Source of the DNA: Patescibacteria group bacterium
GTDB taxonomy: Bacteria; Patescibacteriota; Minisyncoccia; Phycocordibacterales; JAACPR01
DNA: 64,000 nucleotides
Direction of reading: 5' to 3'
Assembly: GCA_022711495.1 (NCBI GenBank)
Contig: JAKLEX010000001.1
Coordinates: forward strand, 87,058 to 151,057
The notes under the pieces are model-generated. The model searched no databases and had not been told where the DNA came from. It was given only the letters and a program-made list of their open reading frames with translations. This document shows positions 28,526 to 37,707 of this stretch, one piece after another. A program made the translations under genes and the position numbers. The number at the start of each line of letters is the position of its first letter. Within the stretch, counting starts at the first letter, position 1.

Positions 28526-31105
28526 ATGAATCTTAGAAAAATCTTGTCGTTAGTTTTTGTGCTGACGATGTTGCCGATGGCCGCCAGAGCGGACGATATG
28601 TCCGGCAGTCTAGAACTGACCGATTGTTTCTCCGACGGTCTATACAGATTTCAGAGCGTCCAAGTTAGCGCCGGACCAGAGAAAGCCGTCTATAATCCCG
28701 GCGAGTCCATAGAATTTGTTGGTAGCGTTATAAACGAAAATTTATACCCCGTTGTTGACGGTAATGTTTTTGTCAGAATAAGTAAGGTCAATGCCAATTC
28801 CGCGACAGTAGACACGGTTTGGCATGACGTCGTTGATGAGTTCATGGCGGTTTCTGACATCTCAATCAGCGATGCAGCAAGCCAACCAATCTCTTTCTCT
28901 TGGCAGGCGCCCGGCACAATTGGGGCGGGTGATTACCGAGCCGATTTCTTTTTCTCCGTTGATAAAAGATTTAACCTTGGAGGACTTCCTTTTACGAATG
29001 AGATCGTAATAGGAACATCTTATTTTGAAATTGCCGGCTCATCGGTCAGGCCGTTTGTCTTGGATAGAAATAGTACCAAGGTAAATGACCAAACATATCT
29101 ACATATTGGAGAGTGGCCAGATGTACCGGCTGATTCCGCGGTAGAAATTAGTCAGCCCCTAAAAAACTTGTCTAACAAAGAAATCTCTCTTGATGTTACT
29201 TATGATTTATATTATTGGGACTCTTTGAGAGATTCTGACAAATTAGATTCTCGTTCCGAAAAAGTTGTCGTTCCGGCAAATGGATCGGTTAATTTGTCGT
29301 ACACCATAGAAAAGGTCTCCGAGCCGGTGTACTATCTGAGAATTAAAGCGACAAATGCTGGACTCTCATCTATCGTTAACGTCAGAGTTGTCTCATCGCT
29401 TGTCGCCAAGTCCAGGATCAATTATCCCGCTCTCAATGTCTTTCCTCTCATAAAAGACCAAGAAGCTACGGCCTTCTCTTGCTTTCACATGACTTCATAT
29501 GCGACAGACACTGGCCGCATAGTTTTGACGGTTAGTGACGAGAACGATCGCGTTTTTTCTTCCGGAGAATACGCGGGAGAAATCAGTAGCCAAATGGACG
29601 CGGTTGCCATGAATTTCTCGCCAAACAAAAATATAAGCTTTGCGAAATTAAAAGCTGAGCTGTTTGATTCAAGCGGCAAGCTTGTTGATCAGTACGAAGC
29701 CGTTTATGATTGCGAAGAAATCGGTAGTGAAAGTTGCCGACAACTTGACCAAGAAACGGCGACAGCGGCCTTTAATTATCTGGAACTGATCTATGTTGTT
29801 CTGATAGTTTTGGTGCTTGTCTTGATATTTGTCCGCATAAGAAAAATCGACGCGAACTCTTGGTCAAGAAAGGCCTTATCTATTATCGCGATTATCTTGG
29901 TTCTAATTCTGGCTTATATTGTTGTAAGAGCGGTCGCGCTCAAAAGTGGCATATCAAGCGCCACGGCGGAAGTTGTCTCTGGCGATGGCCGAACAAAAAC
30001 CGAGACGAAGTCTACTCCTTATAAAGAAAAAGCCTTTACGGGAAACAGGTTGGTTGTTTACGGAAACTTAAATCTTACGCACACCGTGACACTGACCGGA
30101 GGCGATAGCCGAGACGACGGCGGCTTTGATTTGGACGATGGCGACTCCGTTGGAATAAATTGGAACCGAGGATGTAGTTTTACGGCAACTGGCGGCGCAT
30201 GGGATACGCCAGTCTGCGGATCTTCACAGACATTTCATTCCGGCGACCGGGGTCATGATGGTTGGATTAAATTCCTTAACGAATCACAGACAGCAACGAT
30301 AGTGTCCAGCAATCCGGAGGTCGTGTCATGTAGCGGCTCTAGTCCAAATTGGACGTGTACCGGTTTGGAGTCTGGTTATGCCGATATCAGTGTCCATATA
30401 GACCAAGATCTCTTCTATCCGGAAATGTGTGTTGAGTGGACGGCGCAAAATGGCACGGCGTGTGTCGAATGCACCTCTAATATTCAAGGTAAATATGAGA
30501 CGTGTAATGATCGTGGTTTGAATTTGACGGTTACAACTCCAAGCTATAATCCAACATGGCGTATATATGTTGGTAGTTCAGACGCATGCGGTCCGGCCGC
30601 CGGCGAGACTCTCTCTGATTCTGACTGGCCGCTAGATGAAGAAGATGCGTGTGCTTATGGCGAAATGGAAAATCCGGGCGATGATGGTGATACTTATTCT
30701 TGGAAATGCGGAGACGTTTCATGTTCGGCCAATAAAGATGATGGTGACGACGATGATCCAGAAGAACCTCCTTACGAACCGCATCATTTGTTATTAATCC
30801 CTGACGACGCGTCAGCCATATCGCCAAATATTGTTAACCCGGGCGAACAGTGTACTGTCAGTTGGGAAGTAGATAGTAGCCAAAACGGGTCCTGCACGAT
30901 TATAAATATCGCAGACCAAGTAGTCGGAAGCGCGTTTGACTATACTGCCGGCGGAGAAAATTCTTTTGAAGCGTTGGTGGATCCTCAAAATGAATATAGA
31001 ATCGTCTGCACCGACAGCGCACCAGCCGAGCCGGGAGGGGAACCGGAATCCGTTACTAGTACCGTTCTGCGCTGTATTTTGAATCCGAACGTTGTTGAGC
31101 AGTAA
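28526..31105 (+). CDS. Large predicted cell-surface protein (859 aa): signal peptide, N-terminal beta-rich domain, central two-helix TM hairpin, and a Cys/Asp-rich C-terminal domain
   Basis: Signal peptide MNLRKILSLVFVLTMLPMAARA; TM1 LELIYVVLIVLVLVLIFVRI and TM2 IIAIILVLILAYIVVRAVAL about 15 aa apart; C-terminal half has over 25 Cys, an acidic run DDGDDDDPEEP, and no recognisable enzyme motifs. Confidence 0.5.
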   Translation: MNLRKILSLVFVLTMLPMAARADDMSGSLELTDCFSDGLYRFQSVQVSAGPEKAVYNPGESIEFVGSVINENLYPVVDGNVFVRISKVNANSATVDTVWHDVVDEFMAVSDISISDAASQPISFSWQAPGTIGAGDYRADFFFSVDKRFNLGGLPFTNEIVIGTSYFEIAGSSVRPFVLDRNSTKVNDQTYLHIGEWPDVPADSAVEISQPLKNLSNKEISLDVTYDLYYWDSLRDSDKLDSRSEKVVVPANGSVNLSYTIEKVSEPVYYLRIKATNAGLSSIVNVRVVSSLVAKSRINYPALNVFPLIKDQEATAFSCFHMTSYATDTGRIVLTVSDENDRVFSSGEYAGEISSQMDAVAMNFSPNKNISFAKLKAELFDSSGKLVDQYEAVYDCEEIGSESCRQLDQETATAAFNYLELIYVVLIVLVLVLIFVRIRKIDANSWSRKALSIIAIILVLILAYIVVRAVALKSGISSATAEVVSGDGRTKTETKSTPYKEKAFTGNRLVVYGNLNLTHTVTLTGGDSRDDGGFDLDDGDSVGINWNRGCSFTATGGAWDTPVCGSSQTFHSGDRGHDGWIKFLNESQTATIVSSNPEVVSCSGSSPNWTCTGLESGYADISVHIDQDLFYPEMCVEWTAQNGTACVECTSNIQGKYETCNDRGLNLTVTTPSYNPTWRIYVGSSDACGPAAGETLSDSDWPLDEEDACAYGEMENPGDDGDTYSWKCGDVSCSANKDDGDDDDPEEPPYEPHHLLLIPDDASAISPNIVNPGEQCTVSWEVDSSQNGSCTIINIADQVVGSAFDYTAGGENSFEALVDPQNEYRIVCTDSAPAEPGGEPESVTSTVLRCILNPNVVEQ

Positions 31106-31382
31106 TTATTAAACAGTAATTATTGACAATTCCTCGGCCTTTGTTAAACTCGTCTTTGTAAGGCCGAAGAAGAGAGGCGCCGTCGCAATGTCGGCATAAG
31201 ACCTCTTCAGGTCGCGACGATTTTCCCGGTGATCTCTGAAAAGTTCACCCGAAAATCTTCAGCGAACTATATTAGATTAGAAATTGACCACGGCCTTGCG
31301 TGGTCTTTTTCTTTGGAAGACGCGAAGGCGCGTTTTCGGAGAAATAGATTAGGGTCTTAATTAATAGTGGCCAAATAAAAAT
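31106..31382 (+). promoter_or_regulatory. Putative L10 (rplJ) leader / autoregulatory 5'UTR with an attenuator-like hairpin at about 31286-31313
   Basis: 277-nt structured untranslated region directly upstream of rplJ; several stem-loops, including GACCACG-GCCTTG-CGTGGTC followed by TTTTTCTTT. Confidence 0.35.
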
Positions 31383-31877
31383 ATGGCTGTAACAAAAGAA
31401 CAAAAGAAAAAGATTCTTGAGAAGTTGAAAGATATCGTGGCCAAAGAATCCGTCGTCTTTGTTAATTTCCACGGAGTTCCTTCAGCGGAGGTCGTGAAGA
31501 TGCGAAAGAAATTTCGTGATCAAAAGGTCTCTCTGTATGTTGCCAAAAAAACTTTGGTAAAGAGGGCTTTGGAAGAAGCAAAGACTAAGATCGGGGGCGA
31601 TTCGCCGGAATTTGTCGGTGAGCTGGCTCTGGTTTATGGAGACGATCCAACTATCCCGGCTGGAGAGGTTTACACCTTTCAGAAAGATCTTAAAAATGCC
31701 GTTTCTATTTTGGGCGGTATTTTTGAAAAAAGATTTTTATCAAAAGCTGAGATGGAAGAAATTGCCAAGATTCCTGGTTACGAAACTCTCAAGGGCATGT
31801 TTGTCAACATAATTAATGCTCCTATTCAGGGCTTGGTTATGTCACTCAAAGCGATTGCTGATAAAAAGTCAGCTTAA
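31383..31877 (+). CDS. rplJ: 50S ribosomal protein L10
   Basis: MAVTKEQKKKILEKLKDI...VVFVNFHGVPSAEVVKMRKKFRD...; sits immediately upstream of rplL. Confidence 0.85.
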   Translation: MAVTKEQKKKILEKLKDIVAKESVVFVNFHGVPSAEVVKMRKKFRDQKVSLYVAKKTLVKRALEEAKTKIGGDSPEFVGELALVYGDDPTIPAGEVYTFQKDLKNAVSILGGIFEKRFLSKAEMEEIAKIPGYETLKGMFVNIINAPIQGLVMSLKAIADKKSA

Positions 31878-31901
31878 AATTATTTATTAATCTTTAACGA
31901 T

Positions 31902-32312
31902 ATGTCAGAAGAACAAAAAACAAGTACCGAAGAAGTCGTCGTTCCAGAGAAGTTCAAGAAGATTGTTGAATCTATTGAGACGATGAGCGTTCTGGATCTG
32001 AATGAACTGGTCAAGTTGCTTGAAAAGAAATTCGGAGTTAGTGCTGTGGCCGTGGCCGCTCCAGCCGCCGCTGGTGCCGCTGGTGCCGCTGAAGAAGAAA
32101 AATCCGAATTTACCGTTCACATAAAAGAAGCCGGTGCGCAAAAAATCGCCGTCATTAAAGTCGTAAAAGAAGCCGCTGGTCTTGGTCTGAAAGAGGCCAA
32201 AGATCTAGTAGAGGCCGCTCCAGCCGATGTCAAAACCGGTCTGAAGAAAGCCGACGCCGAAGACTTGAAGAAGAAACTTGAAGAAGCTGGTGCTAAGGTG
32301 GAGCTTAAATAA
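31902..32312 (+). CDS. rplL: 50S ribosomal protein L7/L12
   Basis: N-terminal dimerisation domain, Ala/Gly hinge [17 protein letters not shown]-terminal domain [24 protein letters not shown]. Confidence 0.9.
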   Translation: MSEEQKTSTEEVVVPEKFKKIVESIETMSVLDLNELVKLLEKKFGVSAVAVAAPAAAGAAGAAEEEKSEFTVHIKEAGAQKIAVIKVVKEAAGLGLKEAKDLVEAAPADVKTGLKKADAEDLKKKLEEAGAKVELK

Positions 32313-32338
32313 GACTAAACAAAAACTCCAGAGCTTTA

Positions 32339-32407
32339 TTCGATCCAGTCCTCGTTTCCTTTCTCTGTCAATTTTCATTTGACAGAGAAAGACTGCGGGG
32401 GACCTCA
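32339..32407. repeat. Left copy of a ~68-nt inverted-repeat pair flanking tuf; contains an internal perfect 13-bp hairpin
   Basis: TTCGATCCAGTCCTCGTTTCCTTTCTCTGTCAATTTTCATTTGACAGAGAAAGACTGCGGGGGACCTC; its reverse complement matches 33950-34018 at about 90% identity. Confidence 0.8.
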
Positions 32408-32543
32408 AAAGCTCCGGAGTTTTTGTGTTTAGGTGAGGCTGCGCAAAGTCGACCGAGAGTAACGGCCCTGCTCGCTGGAGGGAGGAACGCGCGTCTCTAG
32501 GAAGTGTTTCTGGGGGTTCTATGTTTGTTTAGTCTTAACCCAT

Positions 32544-32573
32544 TGACACACTTTCTCGTTTTGTTACTATAAT
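32544..32573 (+). promoter_or_regulatory. Near-consensus sigma70-like promoter for tuf
   Basis: TTGACA-18 nt-TATAAT located about 125 nt upstream of the tuf ATG, inside the inverted-repeat-bounded segment. Confidence 0.5.
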
Positions 32574-32700
32574 TCTTACACAAAAGGGGCGCTTTTTGTT
32601 TGCGCCGCATATTGTGGGGACTATTTTTTACAAGACCGCTCTCGCGCTTTTGTAAGAGATAATCTTTTTATTAGGAGGTATTAATTACAAATAAATTATT

Positions 32701-33891
32701 ATGGCAGATTTTAATCGAACAAAGCCGCACGTTAACGTCGGCACCATCGGTCACGTTGACCATGGTAAAACGACTTTGACTTCTGGTATTTTGCACGTCT
32801 TGAAAATGGCGGGTAAAAATGCCACGGAGAAATCGGTTGACGATATTGACAAGTCGCCGGAAGAAAAAGCCCGAGGTATTACCATTTCCATTTCACACAT
32901 GGAATATGAGACGGACGCGCGCCACTATGCGCACGTTGACTGTCCTGGGCACGCCGACTTCATTAAGAACATGATTACTGGTGCCGCTCAAATGGACGGC
33001 GCTATTCTTGTGGTCGCTGCGCCGGACGGCGTGATGCCACAGACGAGAGAACACGTTCTCTTGGCTCGCCAAGTGGGTGTTCCAAAAATTATTGTCTTCT
33101 TGAACAAGGTTGATCTTGTTGATGATAAAGAGTTGGTTGATCTAGTTGAGGAAGAAGTTCGTGAATTACTTGAGAAGAATGGTTTTGACGGAAAGAATAC
33201 TCCGGTTATCCGGGGTTCTGGTCTAAAAGCCATCGAGGCTCAATCAATGGATGATTCTTATGCTAAAAGCATTATGGAATTAATGAATGCTTTGGATAGT
33301 TACATTCCTATTCCGGTCCGAGATCTTGATAAGCCTTTCTTGATGCCGGTTGAAGACATTTTCTCAATTGAAGGACGAGGAACTGTCGCTACTGGTCGTA
33401 TTGAAAGAGGAAAAGTCAAAATCGGACAGGAAGTTGAAATCGTCGGCATTAAGCCAACGCAAAAGACAACTGTCACTGGTATTGAAATGTTTAACAAGTC
33501 TTTGCAAGAAGGTCTTGCTGGAGACAATGCCGGAATTCTTCTTCGTGGATTGAAGAAAGAAGATGTCCACAGAGGACAAGTTTTGGCCGCTACTGGTTCA
33601 GTGACTCCTCACACGGAATTTACAGCAGAAGTGTATGTCTTGAAAAAAGAGGAAGGTGGACGACACACACCATTCTTTACTGGTTACAAGCCACAATTCT
33701 ACATCCGAACGACTGATGTGACGGGAGACGTCACTTTGGCTGCGGGTGTTGAAATGGTTATGCCTGGAGACACGGCGACCTTCACGGTTAAATTGGTTGC
33801 TCCAGTGGCCCTTGAAGATAAGCAGAGATTTGCCATTCGCGAGGGTGGTAAAACTGTCGGCGCCGGTGCGGTAACGAAGATTATCGCCTAG
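32701..33891 (+). CDS. tuf: Elongation factor Tu
   Basis: [34 protein letters not shown]; 396 aa. Confidence 0.95.
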   Translation: MADFNRTKPHVNVGTIGHVDHGKTTLTSGILHVLKMAGKNATEKSVDDIDKSPEEKARGITISISHMEYETDARHYAHVDCPGHADFIKNMITGAAQMDGAILVVAAPDGVMPQTREHVLLARQVGVPKIIVFLNKVDLVDDKELVDLVEEEVRELLEKNGFDGKNTPVIRGSGLKAIEAQSMDDSYAKSIMELMNALDSYIPIPVRDLDKPFLMPVEDIFSIEGRGTVATGRIERGKVKIGQEVEIVGIKPTQKTTVTGIEMFNKSLQEGLAGDNAGILLRGLKKEDVHRGQVLAATGSVTPHTEFTAEVYVLKKEEGGRHTPFFTGYKPQFYIRTTDVTGDVTLAAGVEMVMPGDTATFTVKLVAPVALEDKQRFAIREGGKTVGAGAVTKIIA

Positions 33892-33949
33892 CCGATTAAG
33901 CTCTTTTCAAAGATAGGTTATTCCGTTTAGTTCGCAACAATTAGTTTTT

Positions 33950-34018
33950 GAGATCCCCCCGCAGTCTTTTTCTGTCAAATGAAAATTGACAGAAAAAGGA
34001 GACGAGGATTGGATCGAA
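33950..34018. repeat. Right copy of the inverted-repeat pair flanking tuf
   Basis: GAGATCCCCCCGCAGTCTTTTTCTGTCAAATGAAAATTGACAGAAAAAGGAGACGAGGATTGGATCGAA; same internal hairpin TCTGTCAA-(7 nt)-TTGACAGA. Confidence 0.8.
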
Positions 34019-34081
34019 AAAACTGAATTGTGGAGAACTAAACGGAACCACTAGCTTTTGGAGAGATAATCAACTTCAAAT

Positions 34082-34423
34082 ATGGTTACCAAGAAGGCAA
34101 AACAAACAGAGGTAAGTAACGCTCGCCTTAGAATACGGGTCCGAGCTTACGAAAGTAAAATTCTTGATGCGTCGATAAGACAAATTGTCGACACGGCTTT
34201 ACGATTTGGCGCCACAGTGTCTGGGCCAATTCCATTGCCGACCGAGATCAAGAAATATACCGTCAACAGATCAGCGTTCGTCTACAAGGATGCGCGAGAG
34301 CAATTTGAGATGAGGGTCCACAAACGTCTAGTTGACATTCTAAATCCTGATGCTAAGCTAATCGAAGCTTTAACGAATTTGAGCTTACCGTCGGGCGTGA
34401 ACATTGATGTAAAAATGATTTAA
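34082..34423 (+). CDS. rpsJ: 30S ribosomal protein S10
   Basis: LRIRVRAYESKILD...GPIPLPTEIKKYTVNRSAFVYKDAREQFEMRVHKRLVDI. Confidence 0.9.
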   Translation: MVTKKAKQTEVSNARLRIRVRAYESKILDASIRQIVDTALRFGATVSGPIPLPTEIKKYTVNRSAFVYKDAREQFEMRVHKRLVDILNPDAKLIEALTNLSLPSGVNIDVKMI

Positions 34424-34513
34424 GTACAAGGACAAACGTCCCGCTGTACGCCAAAACCGTAATGTTCTAGAGACTTGCGGTTTTGGTTTTAGAGGAAGGA
34501 CGAGGGAAACAGC

Positions 34514-35128
34514 ATGAAAATAATTCTAGGAACAAAAGAAAAAATGACCCAGTTATTCGGAGCTGATGGCAAAATATATCCAGCCACGGTTATTAATGCT
34601 GGGCCGGTTGTGGTGACTCAGATAAAAACTCAAGCCGTTGATGGTTATGAGGCTGTTCAAGTCGGCTTTGGTGAAAAGAAAAGCCATAATATTAACAAAG
34701 CTGCGGCCGGTCACCTGAAAGATTTAGGTAACTTCCGATACTTGAGAGAGTTTAGAATCGCGCCGGGCCCAGAGATTAAGGTCGGTGCGAAAATAGATGC
34801 CACGGCTTTTGTTCCGGACGATAAAGTTCGACTGTCTTCAATCTCAAAGGGTAAGGGTTTTCAGGGCGTGGTGAAGAGACATGGATTTTCCGGCGGACCG
34901 AGAACTCACGGTCAGAAACACTCCGAACGAGAACCTGGTTCTATTGGTGGTCGAGGTCGCGCCGGAGGTCGTGTTTCTAAGGGTATGCGTATGGCCGGCC
35001 GGATGGGAGGCGACAGAGTGACGCTTCATGACGTTCAAGTGCTTCATGTTGATCCGGGCACTAATCAGATATACGTGAAAGGTGCTGTTCCTGGACGTCG
35101 TGGCACTTTAATTGAGATACAAGGCTAA
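34514..35128 (+). CDS. rplC: 50S ribosomal protein L3
   Basis: MKIILGTKEKMTQLF...GKGFQGVVKRHGFSGGPRTHGQ. Confidence 0.9.
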   Translation: MKIILGTKEKMTQLFGADGKIYPATVINAGPVVVTQIKTQAVDGYEAVQVGFGEKKSHNINKAAAGHLKDLGNFRYLREFRIAPGPEIKVGAKIDATAFVPDDKVRLSSISKGKGFQGVVKRHGFSGGPRTHGQKHSEREPGSIGGRGRAGGRVSKGMRMAGRMGGDRVTLHDVQVLHVDPGTNQIYVKGAVPGRRGTLIEIQG

Positions 35129-35138
35129 TCTTACAATC

Positions 35139-35813
35139 ATGAAACTTTCAATTTTTGACAAAAAAGGAAAAGAGACAAAACAAATTGATGCTCCAAAAGA
35201 AATTTTTGGCGTGAGGTTGAACAAGGATCTGTTACATCAAGTTGTTGTCTCGATGAAGTCCAATGCCCGCCCTAACGTAGCTCATACCAAAGACCGTTCA
35301 GAAGTCTCGGGTGGTGGTAAAAAACCTTGGCGACAAAAGGGTCTTGGCCGCGCTCGTCACGGCTCAATTCGTTCACCACTTTGGTCGGGTGGCGGAATCA
35401 CTTTTGGTCCCAGAAAAGACAAGAACTATAACAGGAAGATAAACAAAAAAGCTCAAGCTGGCGCTTTGGCCATGGTTTTGTCGCAGAAAGCTCAAGACGG
35501 CGAAATAATTTTGATAGATTCGCTCAAACTTGAGTCGGTCAAAACTAAAAACGCTCGGGAGATTCTTTTGGCTCTAGCCAAAAATAAAAATCTTTCTGAT
35601 CTAGCCAAGAAGAAAAATTCTTCGGTCATAATCGCCTTGTCAGAGAAAAACGCCGATGTGGAAAAGAGTTTCAGAAACTTAAAAAATGTCAGTTTGGAGA
35701 CGATAAAGGGCCTAAACGTTATTGGCCTCTTGAATAATAAGTATTTGCTTATTGAAAATCCCGATTCCGCTCTGAAAATTTTGGGTGGACGAGTTGTTAA
35801 TGGTAAAAAATAA
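35139..35813 (+). CDS. rplD: 50S ribosomal protein L4
   Basis: The ORF-track start at 35112 overlaps the rplC end; the internal MKLSIFDKKGKE start fits the L4 N-terminus; ...RSEVSGGGKKPWRQKGLGRARHGSIRSPLWSGGG. Confidence 0.85.
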   Translation: MKLSIFDKKGKETKQIDAPKEIFGVRLNKDLLHQVVVSMKSNARPNVAHTKDRSEVSGGGKKPWRQKGLGRARHGSIRSPLWSGGGITFGPRKDKNYNRKINKKAQAGALAMVLSQKAQDGEIILIDSLKLESVKTKNAREILLALAKNKNLSDLAKKKNSSVIIALSEKNADVEKSFRNLKNVSLETIKGLNVIGLLNNKYLLIENPDSALKILGGRVVNGKK

Positions 35814-35816
35814 AAT

Positions 35817-36284
35817 ATGAGCTGGTTTAGCCGAAAAAAGAATAAAGAAGAAAGCGTGCCGAAAGTTGAGGTTGATAAAAAGAGCGCGTCAGTCAAGTCG
35901 TCAGACGTCAAATCACAGACTGCCAAGTCGCCGGTCGCCAAATCACAGGCCGCTAAAGCGCCAGTTGTCAGACCGGCGCCCGTGAGCTCAGAAGCGCTGA
36001 ATGTTTTAGAAATTGTCAAAAGTCCTCGCGTTAGTGAAAAAGCAGCGATTGTGGCCGAATCTTCAAACGCTTATATTTTTAACGTCGCTAAAAATACCAC
36101 GAAGACGCAAATAAAATCAGCCATTCAGAAAGTTTACAAAGTTACGCCTATTAAAGTAACTATTGCCCAAGTTCCGGATAAACGAGTTCAGATTCGAGGC
36201 CAAAGAGGAAAAACCGGCGTAAAGTCCGGCGGGAAAAAAGCTTTTGTCTTCTTAAAAAAGGGAGATAAGATTGAATTTATATAA
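35817..36284 (+). CDS. rplW: 50S ribosomal protein L23 with a ~60-aa low-complexity Lys/Ser/Ala-rich N-terminal extension
   Basis: C-terminal 95 aa LNVLEIVKSPRVSEKAAI...AYIFNVAKNTTKTQIKSAIQKVYKV match L23; the N-terminus is a KSxxK repeat-like extension. Confidence 0.85.
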   Translation: MSWFSRKKNKEESVPKVEVDKKSASVKSSDVKSQTAKSPVAKSQAAKAPVVRPAPVSSEALNVLEIVKSPRVSEKAAIVAESSNAYIFNVAKNTTKTQIKSAIQKVYKVTPIKVTIAQVPDKRVQIRGQRGKTGVKSGGKKAFVFLKKGDKIEFI

Positions 36285-36300
36285 AACTTAGGAAAATATT

Positions 36301-37149
36301 ATGAAAAAGTATAGACCAACAACACCGAGTCGTCGACAAATGTCTACCATAGAGTTTAAGGGGATTTTGACTACGAACAAACCTCAGAAATCTTTGACTT
36401 GGGGTCGTAAAAGAGCCGTCGGCCGCGGTTCCGCCGGAAATTTGACTACTCCGCACAAGGGCGGCGGGGTTAAGAGACTTTTCCGTCAAATTGATTTTGT
36501 CTATAACAAAAAAGATATCCCGGCCAAAATTGCCTCTGTTGAATATGATCCAAATAGATCGGGCTTTATTGGTCTAATAAACTACGCTGACGGAGAAAAG
36601 AGATACATCCTTTTGCCTCGTGGCGTTAATGTCGGTGACACGATTATGGTTAGTGAAAACGCGCCGATAAAACCGGGCAACCGCTTGCCTCTTTCTAAAA
36701 TTCCAGTCGGTACTTTTGTCTACAATGTTGAAAGCAGAGTTGGCAAAGGCGCCGTCATGGCTCGTTCAGCCGGAAACTACGCGCAGATTATCGCTCAAGA
36801 TTCTGGCATGACTCATTTAAGGATGCCTTCGGCCGAAGTGCGAAAGATTAGCGGAAACGCATGGGCTTCCGTTGGAGAAGTCTCAAATCCGGATTACAGA
36901 TTGCAGAATATCGGTAAGGCTGGCAGGAATAGAAAAAGAGGTGTACGCCCAACTGTTCGTGGTACAGCCATGAACCCGGTTGATCACCCACACGGTGGTG
37001 GTGAGGGACGACAGGGTATTTCTTTGAGACTTGGCCCAAAAACACGACAAGGCAGACAGGCCTATGGCGTCAAAACTCGCCGACCGAAAAAGTACTCCAA
37101 TATCTTTATCGTTGAAAAGAGGAAAAATAAGAGAAATACTCCTAAGTAA
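36301..37149 (+). CDS. rplB: 50S ribosomal protein L2
   Basis: GRNxxGxIT-like core: ...VRGTAMNPVDHPHGGGEGRQGI... Confidence 0.95.
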   Translation: MKKYRPTTPSRRQMSTIEFKGILTTNKPQKSLTWGRKRAVGRGSAGNLTTPHKGGGVKRLFRQIDFVYNKKDIPAKIASVEYDPNRSGFIGLINYADGEKRYILLPRGVNVGDTIMVSENAPIKPGNRLPLSKIPVGTFVYNVESRVGKGAVMARSAGNYAQIIAQDSGMTHLRMPSAEVRKISGNAWASVGEVSNPDYRLQNIGKAGRNRKRGVRPTVRGTAMNPVDHPHGGGEGRQGISLRLGPKTRQGRQAYGVKTRRPKKYSNIFIVEKRKNKRNTPK

Positions 37150-37178
37150 AATAAAAGCCAGCGACGGGTGTCGCTGGC
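37150..37178 (-). terminator. Intrinsic terminator for the antisense coiled-coil gene
   Basis: CCAGCGAC-GGGT-GTCGCTGG hairpin; on the minus strand it is followed by CTTTTATTTTAC; no T-run follows on the plus strand. Confidence 0.55.
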
Positions 37179-37202
37179 GATGGGTCGGGGTCAGAAGGTT
37201 CT

Positions 37203-37469
37203 TCAGTTGGGAAGGCGCGAGTCGATCATTTCGCGGAATTCGTCCCTGACTGCTTCCGCTCGCGCGAGCTTAAGCTCGAGCTCCTTGATCCTGTTGTTGG
37301 CACTGACCAACATGATCTTGGAATCACGGCCCCCTTCGCGTTCCGTGGACAAATCCTCCCGCAAAATGGCGAAGGACTGGTCTTGCTTTTTCAACTCTTC
37401 CTCGAGCCGCGCGTTCTTGGCCAACAGCTCTCGTATCCGTGCCTTATCCGATTTTTTCTTCTGTGCCAT
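37203..37469 (-). CDS. Hypothetical coiled-coil protein (about 88 aa from the MAQKKK start) encoded antisense between rplB and rpsS; GC-rich
   Basis: Strong SD (GGAGAG within AAGGAAGGTGGAGAG) 4-10 nt upstream of ATG GCA CAG; heptad-like RIRELLAKNARLEEELKKQD...IKELELKLARAEAVRDEFREMI; own downstream terminator; the ORF-track start at 37556 is probably an overextension. Confidence 0.45.
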   Translation of the reverse strand: MAQKKKSDKARIRELLAKNARLEEELKKQDQSFAILREDLSTEREGGRDSKIMLVSANNRIKELELKLARAEAVRDEFREMIDSRLPN

Positions 37470-37679
37470 CTCTCCACCTTCCTTCCTGTGTTTAATGTGC
37501 ACTTCGCTCTCGTGGCGAATTATTGGTGATGATATCACGCCTTTAAAATATGTCAATGTTTTGGTGATTTATACAATCTCCCCCGACATTGTTTTTACCA
37601 GATTAAATTCGCTACCGCGGCCTTTTCTTTATCTAATCTTTATCTAAATTTTCGTCGAACCAAACCCGCCTTTTAATCC

Positions 37680-37707
37680 TTGACTATTTTCTGTGCTTTG
37701 CTAGTAT
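37680..37707 (+). promoter_or_regulatory. Sigma70-like promoter that would restart transcription for rpsS and the downstream S10/spc genes
   Basis: TTGACT-16 nt-TAGTAT about 110 nt upstream of rpsS; preceded by the tandem direct repeat CTTTATCTAAT / CTTTATCTAAA. Confidence 0.4.

Noticed and set aside
35492-36019. 175-aa minus-strand ORF antisense to rplD/rplW; similar antisense ORFs occur at 43896-44711, 9345-9950, 12683-13240 and elsewhere
   Set aside because: They overlap highly conserved genes on the opposite strand, have low-complexity Ser/Leu-rich translations, and lack RBS or start context. They are shadows of the true genes.
37168-37647. 159-aa plus-strand ORF in the rplB-rpsS spacer
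   Set aside because: The translation is low-complexity and Ser-rich. The opposite strand encodes a better-formed coiled-coil ORF with an SD and a terminator.
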